Assembly (NCBI GenBank): GCA_031372565.1
Contig: JANMLN010000098.1
Coordinates: 1-55,786 of the forward strand
Length of the DNA: 55,786 bases
Direction of reading: 5' to 3'
DNA from: Gemmatimonadota bacterium
GTDB taxonomy: Bacteria; Gemmatimonadota; Gemmatimonadetes; Gemmatimonadales; Gemmatimonadaceae
The notes beneath the pieces were generated by a model. The model did not search any database and was not told where the DNA came from. It saw nothing but the letters and a program-made list of their open reading frames with translations. This document shows positions 46,461-55,786 of the stretch, one piece after another; position 1 is the stretch's first letter; every line of letters begins with the position of its first letter. Made by a program: the position numbers and the translations under genes.

Positions 46461-47333
46461 GTGGCCGCCGCCGGATACGGCGCGCTGCTCGACGCTCTGC
46501 GCGGACTCTCATGGCCCGCACGCCGCGCGAGTCGTGGGGCGACGTCGGGAACGCATGCGTCGCGACTGCGTGGCACGAGCGCCGAGTTCACGGAGTATCG
46601 CGCCTATCGCCAGGGCGATGATCCACGGCGTCTCGACTGGAAGCTGCTGGCCCGCACCGACAAGGCGTTCTTGCGCATCACCAACGAGCGCGCGGTGATG
46701 CCGACGCTGTTCGTGCTCGATGCCTCCGCATCGATGGCCTTTCCGCAGCCGACGCTCGAGAAGTGGCAGCAGGCGTGCCGCCTCACGGTCGGGCTCGCGG
46801 CGGTCGCCCATGGTGCGGCTGATCCGGTGGGGATCATCGTGCCGGGTCCGGTGCGGCGCGCGTTGCCGCTGCGCGCGCGTGGCGGCGTCGTGGGCGAGAT
46901 CGCCCGACTGGTCGATGGGGTGACCCCGGCAGGCGACGCATCCCTCGCGCTCGTCGTGCGCCAAGCCGCGCGCGCGGCGCGCCTGGTGGTCGTCACCGAC
47001 CTGCTGGGAGACGCACCCGGCCTGCTGCGGGCCGTGCGCGAGCAGGTCACGCGCGGCGTGGACTGCGTGCTGCTCCACGTGGTCGCGCGCGCCGAGCTTG
47101 AGCCGCCCACTGCTGCGGTGATGGCCGAGGATCCCGAGCGCGCGGACGTGCGCCGCGCGCTGGTGGGCGCCACGCGTGACGGCTACCGCGCCGCGTTCGA
47201 TGCATGGCGAGGCGAGCAAGCGCGCGACTGGCGTCGGAGCGGCGCGCGCTACGTGGATGTGACGGACGACGAGCCGGCCGACCGGGCCGTGCGGCGCGTG
47301 ATCGGCAATGCGCGCGACGAGGAAGACACGTGA
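46461..47333 (+). CDS. DUF58 (vWA-like) protein
   Basis: 'EFTEYRAYRQGDD.R.LDWK', 'LDASASM'. Confidence 0.9.
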   Translation: MAAAGYGALLDALRGLSWPARRASRGATSGTHASRLRGTSAEFTEYRAYRQGDDPRRLDWKLLARTDKAFLRITNERAVMPTLFVLDASASMAFPQPTLEKWQQACRLTVGLAAVAHGAADPVGIIVPGPVRRALPLRARGGVVGEIARLVDGVTPAGDASLALVVRQAARAARLVVVTDLLGDAPGLLRAVREQVTRGVDCVLLHVVARAELEPPTAAVMAEDPERADVRRALVGATRDGYRAAFDAWRGEQARDWRRSGARYVDVTDDEPADRAVRRVIGNARDEEDT

Positions 47334-48610
47334 GCGTGCTTCTGCCCTGGCTCGCGGCAGCGGGAGTGCTCGGCGCGCTGGCGATGGCGGCGCTCCACCT
47401 GCTCGCGCGCAACGAACCGCCGCGCTGGCTGCTGCCGACGGCGCGCTTCGTCCCGGAGTCGCGCGAGCGCGCACCGTCGCGGGCGCTGCACCTGAGTGAC
47501 AAGCGACTGCTCGCCCTGCGGGTCGTGGCACTGTTGGCCGTGGCGCTCGCGGCGGCCGGACCGTGGTGGCACGGCGCCCGCGCGGTGCGCGCGCAGCTGA
47601 TCGTGGCGGACCTCTCGCGCACCGTGGCCGATCGCGCAGCGGTGGCCGCTGCCGTGCGCGCGGCGTGGCGCACCGGCGATGCGATCGTGTTGCTCGACAG
47701 ATCGGCTCGCGAGGTGACGCTCGCGCAGCTCGATTCGGCGGTTGTCCGGCCGCCTGCCGTACGAGCAGGCCGCTTGAGCGCGGCGCTCCTGGTGGCGCGC
47801 GAAGCGGCTCGACGGCTCGCCCGCGACGCGGACACGGTGGCGTTGGTGCTCGTGTCGCCGCTGACGAGTGACGTGATGGACGACGCCACGCTCGCCATTC
47901 GTGCGCGTTGGCCCGGCGCGGCGCGCGTGGAGCGCGTTGGCATGGTGTCGGGGGCGGTGCTCGATGCCGACACCACGCGCGTGACGCTTCGTGCCGAGTC
48001 GTCCGATCCGATCCGTGCGAGCCTCGCGCTCGATGGGCGGCTCGGAGGTCGGTCGGATGGCGGCACCACCGCTCGGAGCAGCATTCGGCTCGTGCGCGCG
48101 GCAACGCTCACGTCCGGCGACTCTGCGGTGGCGCGCGCTGGTGGGACGGTGGTGCACTGGCCGGAGCAGCTTGCCGCGCGCGACACCGTCGGCGCTGTGC
48201 GTTCGGCGCGCGCAGTGTTCGTTGCCACGCTCCCGCGTCCGGTGAGCCCCGAGGGCGCGTTGGTCGTCGCGCACTGGGTGGACGGTCGCGCCGCTGCCGT
48301 CGAGGCGCCGCTCGGCCAAGGCTGCGTCCGGCGCGTGGCGCTGTCGCTCGCACCGGCGGGTGATGCCGCGCTGCGTGCGAGCTTTCGCGCGATCGTGCGT
48401 GATCTGCTGGCGCCGTGTGGCGGTGTGCGCGACGTGCGCGCGGTCGATGACGCGACGCTGCGCGCGCTGGCTGGCACGGGACCCGCTGCCGCGAGCGCGG
48501 CACTGGTCACGCCAACTGCCGACCTTCCGTTCGTCCGCTGGTTGCTTGCACTCGCAGCCATTGCGCTGGCGGTTGAGTGGTGGCTGCGCACGCGTCAGGA
48601 GCGCACATGA
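47330..48610 (+). CDS. BatA-domain membrane protein
   Basis: N-terminal 'HLLAR..P....PTARF..LLALR..A.AGP'; C-terminal 'EWWLR'. Confidence 0.75.
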   Translation: MSVLLPWLAAAGVLGALAMAALHLLARNEPPRWLLPTARFVPESRERAPSRALHLSDKRLLALRVVALLAVALAAAGPWWHGARAVRAQLIVADLSRTVADRAAVAAAVRAAWRTGDAIVLLDRSAREVTLAQLDSAVVRPPAVRAGRLSAALLVAREAARRLARDADTVALVLVSPLTSDVMDDATLAIRARWPGAARVERVGMVSGAVLDADTTRVTLRAESSDPIRASLALDGRLGGRSDGGTTARSSIRLVRAATLTSGDSAVARAGGTVVHWPEQLAARDTVGAVRSARAVFVATLPRPVSPEGALVVAHWVDGRAAAVEAPLGQGCVRRVALSLAPAGDAALRASFRAIVRDLLAPCGGVRDVRAVDDATLRALAGTGPAAASAALVTPTADLPFVRWLLALAAIALAVEWWLRTRQERT

Positions 48611-50661
48611 GCGCGCTTGAGCGGCTCGGCCGCGTGCAGCGTGAACTGATGATGGCCGTCGTCGCGGGTAGCGTCGTGTGGGCGGCGTGCGCGGCGGTCG
48701 GTTGGTTCGCCGTGCTGGCCGTTGTCGACCGGTTTGCCACGCTGCCACTCGCATGGCGCACCGCCGCGCCAGCGATCGGCGCGCTGTTGGGCTTGGCCGC
48801 CGCGGCGTGGCGCGTGCGGCGCGCAGGCGCGTTCACCGATGCGCGCGCGGTTGCGCTCTGGGTCGAAGGGGTCGCGCCGAGTCTCCGCTACGCGCTGGTG
48901 ACGCGGGTCGATCCGGCGGGCGCGGCGAGTGCCGACGCGCTCGAGCGTGTGATCGCCGCAGTGGCATTCGAGCCACCGGTGCGCCGTGCGGCATGGCAGC
49001 CGTTGGCGCGTCCCGCGCTGGCGCTCGCGATCGGGCTGGTCGTGCTGCTCGTGCTGCCGTCGGGTGCGGTCGCGCGCCTCGCACGTCCCGTACCGGGCGA
49101 TGTCGTCGCCGCGTCGCGCGCCCCCGGCGATGCGCTCGCGCATGTGGCCATCACGATTGTCCCTCCCGCGTACAGCGGCGTGGCGACGAGCAGGCTCGAG
49201 GATGCGGCACGCGTGAGTGCGCTCGTGGGCAGCGCGGTGCGCGTCGAAGGCGCGGCGGCGGGCCTGCCGGTCACCGTGCGCGCCGATTCGCTGCGCGTCG
49301 TGCTGCGCGACAGCGGCGCGCGCTGGAGCGCTGACCTTGGCATGCCGGCGTCGCCGACGGTGCTGCGCTTCGTGCAGGGCACGCGCGAGCGGCTCCTCCT
49401 CCTCGAGCCGCGCGCTGACTCGGCACCCATCGTGTCGCTGACGGTTCCGGCGCGTGACTCGGTGCTCAAGAGCGCCACCGGGGTGCTGCGCCTGGCGGCA
49501 TCGGCGAGCGACGACATCGGGCTCGTCGGCGGCGCTTTCGAAGTCGTGATCAGCTCGGGCGAGGGGGAGAACTTCCGCTTCCGCACGATCACGGTGGGCC
49601 GCACAGCGCTCGGCAACGTGCGCGCGGCAACATTGGGCGGCGGGCTGCGCCTCGACACGCTCAAGCTCGAGCCGGGCGACTTGCTGCATGTGCGCGCCAT
49701 CGCGCGCGACCGGAACACGGTGAGCGGCCCGGGGCTTGGTGCGTCTGAGACGCGCGCCATCCGGATTGCCCGTGCCGGGGAGTACGACTCCGTGTCGGTG
49801 GACGGCGCCCCGCCGCCAGAGGTGGGCAAGGGGGTGATCAGTCAGCGGATGCTGATCCTGCTCACGGAGAAGCTGCTCAAGCAGCGCGCTGCGATCGCGA
49901 AGGATGCGTTCGTGCGCGAGGCACGACTGATCGCGCGCGACCAGAACACGCTGCGCAAGCAGGTCGGCGACGTCATCTTCTCGCGGCTCGATGATGGCGG
50001 CGGCGGTGGCGAGCACGCGCATGATGACGGGGATGATCACGGTGCGCTGACCCCCGAGCAACTGCTCGCGGCGGCCAACGAGGCCACGCAGGCGGCCGGT
50101 GCCGAGCCGCTGGATTTTGCCGGCGGGGAGTCGCCGGTGGTGAACATCAATCGGCCACTGCTCGAGGCGTACAACGCCATGTGGGACGCCGGTCGCGAGT
50201 TGGGGATCGGCGATGCGAAGGCGGCGCTGCCGCACATGTACGTCGCGCTCGCTGCCATCCAGAAGGCGCGACTGGCGGAGCGCGTGTACCTGCGCGGTCG
50301 GCCGAAGGAGGTCGTGATCGATATCGGCCGTGTGCGACTCGCGGGCAAGTCGGACATCATCGGGCCCGCTGCACGGCTCCCGCGCGGCACGCTCGATGCG
50401 ACAACGCTGGCGCGTCTGGCGCGCTTCGACGCCGCCCTCGGATTGCTGGCGACTGCGCGCGCCGCGGCCACCGATTCGCTGTTGTTGCTTCGCGCCGAGC
50501 TGCTGGGTGTCGCGCCCGAGCTCGCCGCGCCGCTCGGGGAGGCGGTCGACCGGTTACGCGCTGGCACCGACGCGACCGAGGCACTCGTGGTGGCTCGGCG
50601 CACGCTCGCGAACGTATCCTCGCACGCGACGCCGCTCGGCGCGTGGGGGCGTGCGCCATGA
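48607..50661 (+). CDS. Membrane protein, DUF4175-like
   Basis: N-terminal TMs; 'PPAYSG', 'ASDDIGL', 'ARDRN..GPG'. Confidence 0.65.
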   Translation: MSALERLGRVQRELMMAVVAGSVVWAACAAVGWFAVLAVVDRFATLPLAWRTAAPAIGALLGLAAAAWRVRRAGAFTDARAVALWVEGVAPSLRYALVTRVDPAGAASADALERVIAAVAFEPPVRRAAWQPLARPALALAIGLVVLLVLPSGAVARLARPVPGDVVAASRAPGDALAHVAITIVPPAYSGVATSRLEDAARVSALVGSAVRVEGAAAGLPVTVRADSLRVVLRDSGARWSADLGMPASPTVLRFVQGTRERLLLLEPRADSAPIVSLTVPARDSVLKSATGVLRLAASASDDIGLVGGAFEVVISSGEGENFRFRTITVGRTALGNVRAATLGGGLRLDTLKLEPGDLLHVRAIARDRNTVSGPGLGASETRAIRIARAGEYDSVSVDGAPPPEVGKGVISQRMLILLTEKLLKQRAAIAKDAFVREARLIARDQNTLRKQVGDVIFSRLDDGGGGGEHAHDDGDDHGALTPEQLLAAANEATQAAGAEPLDFAGGESPVVNINRPLLEAYNAMWDAGRELGIGDAKAALPHMYVALAAIQKARLAERVYLRGRPKEVVIDIGRVRLAGKSDIIGPAARLPRGTLDATTLARLARFDAALGLLATARAAATDSLLLLRAELLGVAPELAAPLGEAVDRLRAGTDATEALVVARRTLANVSSHATPLGAWGRAP

Positions 50662-51272
50662 GCGCCTTCACCTTCTGTACGGTGCAGTACGAATCGGGTG
50701 ACTGGGATTCGGCGCCGCTCGTGCCGGCCAACGTGATCGACAGCGTGGCCCGGTACACCTCGATCGAGGTGAACCCCACGGGTGCGATTGTGCCGCTCGC
50801 GAGTGCCGATCTGCTCCGGTATCCGCTGGCGTATCTCACCGGACATCTGCCCGTGCGCCTCTCCCCGGCGGAGCGCGCGATGCTGCGCACTTACGTCACG
50901 CGTGGCGGGCTGCTGTTCGTCGACGACCACAATCACGACATCGACGGTGTCTTCCACAAGTCGGCGACGGAGGAACTCGCGCGCGCGCTCGGAGCGCCCC
51001 TCAAGGCGCTGCCCAACACCCACGCGCTCTACACGAGCTTCTTCAAGTTTCCGGACGGACCGCCGACGACCGGACATGAGCTCAACGGGTGGGGCGACAA
51101 CCTGGTGCACGCCAACCTGTTTGCGCATCTGATCGGCGACCGGATCGGCGTGCTGTACAGCAGCAAGGACTACAGCTCCGAGTGGGGCTATCATCCGGAC
51201 AACAAGCGCTTCCAGTCGGTCGACAACACGCGCTTTGCGGTGAACATCGTGGTGTATGCCCTCACGCGTTGA
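50658..51272 (+). CDS. DUF4159 domain protein
   Basis: 'YESGDWD', 'YPLAYLTGH', 'GGLLFVDD', 'NIVVYALT'. Confidence 0.85.
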   Translation: MSAFTFCTVQYESGDWDSAPLVPANVIDSVARYTSIEVNPTGAIVPLASADLLRYPLAYLTGHLPVRLSPAERAMLRTYVTRGGLLFVDDHNHDIDGVFHKSATEELARALGAPLKALPNTHALYTSFFKFPDGPPTTGHELNGWGDNLVHANLFAHLIGDRIGVLYSSKDYSSEWGYHPDNKRFQSVDNTRFAVNIVVYALTR

Positions 51273-52563
51273 TCGTCGCGTCGTGGAGCGCGCGCTGCGC
51301 GCGGTGGGACTCGCGAGTCTCGCCGTGATGGCGGTGCAGGCGTGGCGCGCGGGAGGCGCATCCGCGCCCGTGCGCGTGGTGAACGCCAGCGCGCTGGACG
51401 GAGCGCTGGCCACGCTGCCCGCGACTGGCGATACGCTCGTGGTGCGCACCGACACCGCGCTTGATGGCGTCACGACTGCGTGGCTGGCCGCGCGCCGGGA
51501 CGCGGGGTCACCGGTGCGATGGACGGCACCACGCGCGATGACGCCGCTGGCGATGGCGATCGAGCCCTCGCTCGACCCGGGCGGCGGCGTGCGCGCGCTG
51601 GTCGCGGCGCCGGCAGCGAGTGCCGTACGCCTTGCCGATAGCGTGGGTGCCGTCGACTCGGGTCGCGTGGCCGTGAGCGGCGTCGGTTTTGCCATCGCGA
51701 CGCCGGTTGGTGCCGCGGTCGCGCGCGTTGATGGCCAGTCGGTGCGTGCGCGTGCGGCGGCGGCGAGTGCGCCCAAGACGGTCATCGTCCTCGCCCGTGC
51801 GGGCTGGGAAGGCAAGTTCGTGGTGGCGGCGCTCGAAGAGCGGGGATGGGCGGTCGACGCGCGCCTCGTGGTGCGGCCCGACACCGCCGTCGTGCAGGGT
51901 GCTCCGGCGCGCTTTGATACGGCGCGCGTGGCCGCTGTGGTGGCGCTCGATGCGAGCGCAGCGCCGGTGGCGGACGCGATCGGCACCTTCGTTCGGAGCG
52001 GCGGTGGGTTGGTCCTCGGCCCTGAGGCCGCCGAGCAAGCGGGGTTCGCGGAGCTGCGGGCCGGGACCCCCGGTGCGCGGCGTGCCCCCGTGGCGATTGC
52101 GGTAAGCGCGGGCAGTCCTCGCCGCGCGCTGCCGCTGCTGCCCATCGACGCGCTCGCGCCGGGCGCTGTGGCGCTCGAGCAGCAGGACGCGGCCGTCACC
52201 GTGGCGGCACGGCGCGTCGGGGCCGGTCGCGTGGTGCAGCAGGGGTTCGAGGACACCTGGCGCTGGCGCATGACCGGCCCGGACGGCGCCCGCGAGGCGC
52301 ACCGGCGGTGGTGGGCATCGCTGGTCGCGTCGGCCAGCCCCGAGCCACTCTCCCGAGCAACGCTTTCGGGTGCTGCGGCTGTCCAAACGGGAGACGCGCC
52401 ACTCGCGCGCATGGTCGCCGAACTCGGCGCCCCCACTCCAGATCGGTCGTCCGTACAGCGCGCTGATGCGCACCCCGGAGCGATTGACTGGTGGTGGGGC
52501 GTGCTTGCGCTGGTGGCCCTGCTGGGCGAGTGGGCGTCTCGACGGTTGCGCGGGGCCCCGTAG
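51256..52563 (+). CDS. Membrane-anchored hypothetical protein (glutamine-amidotransferase-like region)
   Basis: 'WEGKFV', 'FVRSGGGLVL', 'GAGRV..DTWRWRM', C-terminal 'EWASRRLRG'. Confidence 0.65.
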   Translation: MPSRVDRRVVERALRAVGLASLAVMAVQAWRAGGASAPVRVVNASALDGALATLPATGDTLVVRTDTALDGVTTAWLAARRDAGSPVRWTAPRAMTPLAMAIEPSLDPGGGVRALVAAPAASAVRLADSVGAVDSGRVAVSGVGFAIATPVGAAVARVDGQSVRARAAAASAPKTVIVLARAGWEGKFVVAALEERGWAVDARLVVRPDTAVVQGAPARFDTARVAAVVALDASAAPVADAIGTFVRSGGGLVLGPEAAEQAGFAELRAGTPGARRAPVAIAVSAGSPRRALPLLPIDALAPGAVALEQQDAAVTVAARRVGAGRVVQQGFEDTWRWRMTGPDGAREAHRRWWASLVASASPEPLSRATLSGAAAVQTGDAPLARMVAELGAPTPDRSSVQRADAHPGAIDWWWGVLALVALLGEWASRRLRGAP

Positions 52564-52658
52564 CCTGGCTCGACCGCGTGGGGGTGGTGAATCTCCGCAC
52601 CGGACGCCACCGTATAGTCGCCGCAGGCCCTTCCACCCTTCAGGAGGTCGCGCTACGC

Positions 52659-54293
52659 ATGACGGACCGTCGGGATTTTCTCAAACACGGCGCTGCTCTG
52701 GCAGCGCTGGCCGCTACATCACCGCGGGAGGCTCGCGGGCTGACGCAGATGATCGCGTCGGGTGGCGCTCCCCTGCCGGATGAGGCGGTTCCGGACAGCG
52801 CCGCGACCAAGGCGTTGATGGCCGACGCGCTGGCTGCCGCGAAGTCGGGCGGAGCGGCCTACGCGGACGTGCGCATCAGCCGCCAGCGGCAGAACTTCGT
52901 CTTCACGCGCGAACAGCAGATCCAGAACGTGGTCGACACCGACACGATGGGCTGCGGCGTGCGCGTGCTTGTGGACGGCACGTGGGGCTTTGCGGCCACG
53001 CGCATCCTGACACGTGATGGCGTGGCGGCCGCGGCACGCCAGGCGGTTGCCATCGCCAAGGCCAACCGTCCCGCGCGTGGCAATCCGGTGGACTGGTTGC
53101 CGTCCCCGTCGCTGGGCGAGAAGTCGTGGAAGGGCGCATTCACCATCGACCCGTGGTCGGTGTCGGTCGAGGAGAAGGCCGACCTGCTGCTGAAGGCCAA
53201 CGCCGAAGCGCTCAAGGTGGACGGCGTGAAGTACATCTTCAGCGGCCTGTTCTTCGTGAAGGATGACCGCAACTACGCCAACACCGACGGCTCGGTGCTG
53301 CTGCAGGAGAACGTGCGCTCGTGGCCGCTCATGCAGATCACCGCCATCAGCAAGGACTTCACCGACTTCCAGAATCGCGGCAATGTCGCGGCGCCGATGG
53401 CGCGCGGCTGGGAATACGTGAAGTCGTGTGATCTGCTCGGCAACGCGAAGAAGTGGGGCGAGGAAGCAGCCCAGAAGCTCACGGCCAAGCCGGTGGAGGT
53501 GGGGCGCTACGACCTCGTGCTCGACCCGGGCAACATGTGGCTCACGATCCACGAGTCGATCGGCCACCCGACCGAACTGGATCGCGCGCTTGGCTACGAA
53601 GCCAACTACGCGGGCACGAGCTTCATCGCGCCGCCCGACAAGATGCTCGGCAAGCTCAAGTACGGCCCGTCGTTCATGAACATCCAGGGCGACCGCTCGC
53701 AGGAAGGCGGCCTCTCGAGCATCGGGTACGACGACGATGGCATCGCGCCGGAGTCGTTCCTGATCGTGAAGAACGGCATGTTCAACGACTACCAGACCAC
53801 GCGTGAGCAGGCGAAGTGGCTCGAGTGGTGGTACAAGAAGAACGGCCGGCCGACGCGCAGCCACGGTTGCTCGTATGCGCAGGGGTGGGACAACGTCCAG
53901 TTCCAGCGCATGCCGAATGTCTCGCTGCTGCCCGGCGACAAGGACATCGGCTGGAACGACCTGATTGCCGCGACGGACAACGGCATCGCGATTGTCGGTG
54001 ACGGTTCGTTCTCGATCGACCAGCAGCGCTACAACGCACAGTTCGGCGGGCAACTGTTCTACGAGATCAAGGGCGGCAAGATCACCGGGATGCTCAAGGA
54101 CGTGGCCTACCAGATGCGCACCCCGGACTTCTGGAACAGCATGCAGATGATCGGCGGCAAGAAGAGCTACACGCTCGGCGGCTCGTTCTTCGACGGCAAG
54201 GGACAGCCGGGCCAGGTGAACGCGGTGAGCCACGGTTCGCCGCCGGCCAAGTTCAAGCAGGTCAACATCATCAACACCGGGAGGAAGGCATGA
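52659..54293 (+). CDS. TldD-family metalloprotease with Tat signal (copy 2)
   Basis: AGGAGG RBS; 'DRRDFLK' Tat motif; 'HESIGHPTE'. Confidence 0.9.
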   Translation: MTDRRDFLKHGAALAALAATSPREARGLTQMIASGGAPLPDEAVPDSAATKALMADALAAAKSGGAAYADVRISRQRQNFVFTREQQIQNVVDTDTMGCGVRVLVDGTWGFAATRILTRDGVAAAARQAVAIAKANRPARGNPVDWLPSPSLGEKSWKGAFTIDPWSVSVEEKADLLLKANAEALKVDGVKYIFSGLFFVKDDRNYANTDGSVLLQENVRSWPLMQITAISKDFTDFQNRGNVAAPMARGWEYVKSCDLLGNAKKWGEEAAQKLTAKPVEVGRYDLVLDPGNMWLTIHESIGHPTELDRALGYEANYAGTSFIAPPDKMLGKLKYGPSFMNIQGDRSQEGGLSSIGYDDDGIAPESFLIVKNGMFNDYQTTREQAKWLEWWYKKNGRPTRSHGCSYAQGWDNVQFQRMPNVSLLPGDKDIGWNDLIAATDNGIAIVGDGSFSIDQQRYNAQFGGQLFYEIKGGKITGMLKDVAYQMRTPDFWNSMQMIGGKKSYTLGGSFFDGKGQPGQVNAVSHGSPPAKFKQVNIINTGRKA

Positions 54294-55669
54294 GCACCCC
54301 ACGCAGCCTCCTGAGCCCCGCCGTCGACGGGCAGCCGATGTCGGAGCAGGAACACCTCGACATCATCGACAAGGCCGTCAAGCGCTCCAAGGCCGACGAG
54401 ATCGAGATCAACCTGAGCTCGACGCTCACCGGCAACACGCGCTTTGCCGCAAACCAGCTCTCCACGAGCGGGATGGTCAACGACGTCACGCTTGCGGTGT
54501 ACTCGGCGTACGGCCCCAAGCATGCGGTCGTGACCACCAACGACCTGTCCGATGCGAGCATCGAGCGTGCCGTGCGCGAGTCGGAGCGGTTGGCCAAGCT
54601 TGCGCCGGACGATCCGGAGATCATGCCACGCCTCGGCCAGACCAAGTGGCAGCCCGTGCAGTCGTACTTCGAATCGACGGCACAGCTCACGCCGGGCGAC
54701 CGCGCGAAGGCGGCCATGACGGCGCTCGCACCCGCGCGCGCCGGCAAGGAGTTGCAGGCGGCCGGGTTCATCATCACGTATGCGCAGTCGCTCTCGATCG
54801 GGAACAGTGCCGGGCTGCGCGCCTTCCACCGCAGCACCTCTGCCAACTACCAGTTGACCGTGCGCACCAACGACGGTACGGGGTCAGGGTGGGCGGCGGC
54901 GGACGATCACGACTGGACGAAGGTGGATTTCGCACGGATTTCCGACCGCGCGATCGAGAAGGCCAAGGCCTCGCGCAACCCGGTGGCCATCGAGCCGGGC
55001 AAGTACACCGTGATCCTCGAGCCGCAGGCGGTGGGTGATCTCGTGCAGCTCGTGGCCAACTACGCCGATGCGCGCTCGACGGACGAAGGGCGCAGCCCGT
55101 TCACCAAGGCGGGCGGCGGCACCAAGGTCGGCGAGAAGATCATGGACGAGCGGCTGTCGATCGTGTCGATGGCCAATGATCCGCTCTTGCGCGCACAGCC
55201 GTTCGACGGCGACGGGCTGCCGCTCACGGATCACGCGTGGGTCGAGAACGGCGTCCTCAAGGAGCTGCAGTACGGCCGCTTCTGGGCCAAGAAGCAGGGC
55301 AAGACCCCCACGGGCGGCGCGAGCTGTCTCAAGATGGTGGGCAAGGGTGAGCAGTCGCTCGACGACCTGATCAAGGGAACCACGCGCGGCATTCTCGTGA
55401 CGCGCCTCTGGTACCTGCGCGAGGTGGACCCGCGCACGATGCTGTACACGGGCCTCACGCGCGATGGGACGTTCCTGGTCGAGGGCGGCAAGATCACGAA
55501 GTCGCTCCGGAACTTCCGGTTTAACGAGTCGCCGCTGTTCATGCTCAACAATCTCGAGGGGATTACCGCCCCCGAGCGGTTGGCGGGCACCGAGCAGGGC
55601 GGCGATGTCGCGATGCCGGCGGTGAAGGTGCGGGACTTCAACTTCACGAGTTTGTCGGAAGCGGTGTAG
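54290..55669 (+). CDS. TldE/PmbA-like subunit (copy 2)
   Basis: Paralog of 42292-43668; ends 'DFNFTSLSEAV'. Confidence 0.88.
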   Translation: MSTPRSLLSPAVDGQPMSEQEHLDIIDKAVKRSKADEIEINLSSTLTGNTRFAANQLSTSGMVNDVTLAVYSAYGPKHAVVTTNDLSDASIERAVRESERLAKLAPDDPEIMPRLGQTKWQPVQSYFESTAQLTPGDRAKAAMTALAPARAGKELQAAGFIITYAQSLSIGNSAGLRAFHRSTSANYQLTVRTNDGTGSGWAAADDHDWTKVDFARISDRAIEKAKASRNPVAIEPGKYTVILEPQAVGDLVQLVANYADARSTDEGRSPFTKAGGGTKVGEKIMDERLSIVSMANDPLLRAQPFDGDGLPLTDHAWVENGVLKELQYGRFWAKKQGKTPTGGASCLKMVGKGEQSLDDLIKGTTRGILVTRLWYLREVDPRTMLYTGLTRDGTFLVEGGKITKSLRNFRFNESPLFMLNNLEGITAPERLAGTEQGGDVAMPAVKVRDFNFTSLSEAV

Positions 55670-55786
55670 TGTCGGGCGGGGGGGAGGGGACGGCCAGCGG
55701 TTTTGCGGGTGTGGGCGGGGCAAAAAGGGGCATAGGGGGGGGGGGGGGCGCCAAAACAACCCCCCCACCCACAACACCCCCCCCCC

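Noticed and set aside
52623..52649. GCAGGCCCTTCCACCCTTCAGGAGGTC, weakly like the palindromic repeat
   Set aside because: Hairpin core not preserved; the similarity is explained partly by the AGGAGG RBS.
55670..55786. G-run/C-run region at the window end resembling a hairpin or G-quadruplex
   Set aside because: Low-complexity homopolymers at the sequence end are most likely low-quality contig-end sequence.

Overview
High-GC bacterial chromosome segment; gene content and style suggest Gemmatimonadota (inference). Core and metabolic genes: nitrilase, sulfatase, HEAT-cyclophilin, kinase-FGE-hydrolase fusion, tdh/kbl, SDR, mutM, rlmI-like, thiE, aroH, mltG, ruvX, rho, tRNA-Arg(CCG). An accessory zone at about 8-24 kb holds three toxin-antitoxin pairs, an AAA+/DUF4143 ATPase, two duplicated gene fragments and a lower-GC SIR2 + STAND-NTPase pair. 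At the right end, two Tat-signal TldD/TldE pairs bracket a MoxR-DUF58-BatA-DUF4159 operon. The most striking signal is a family of ~30-bp palindromic repeats (GTCGTCCTGAGCGAAGCGAAGGACCTGCTT), about 20 full or degenerate copies at six loci. They always form inverted pairs of the same polarity, enclosing either a unique 18-21 bp spacer or a whole gene. One enclosed gene is a stand-alone GIY-YIG nuclease, which suggests a REP/REPIN-like system driven by GIY-YIG rather than a RAYT transposase. All family assignments come from motif recognition by eye; no searches were run.
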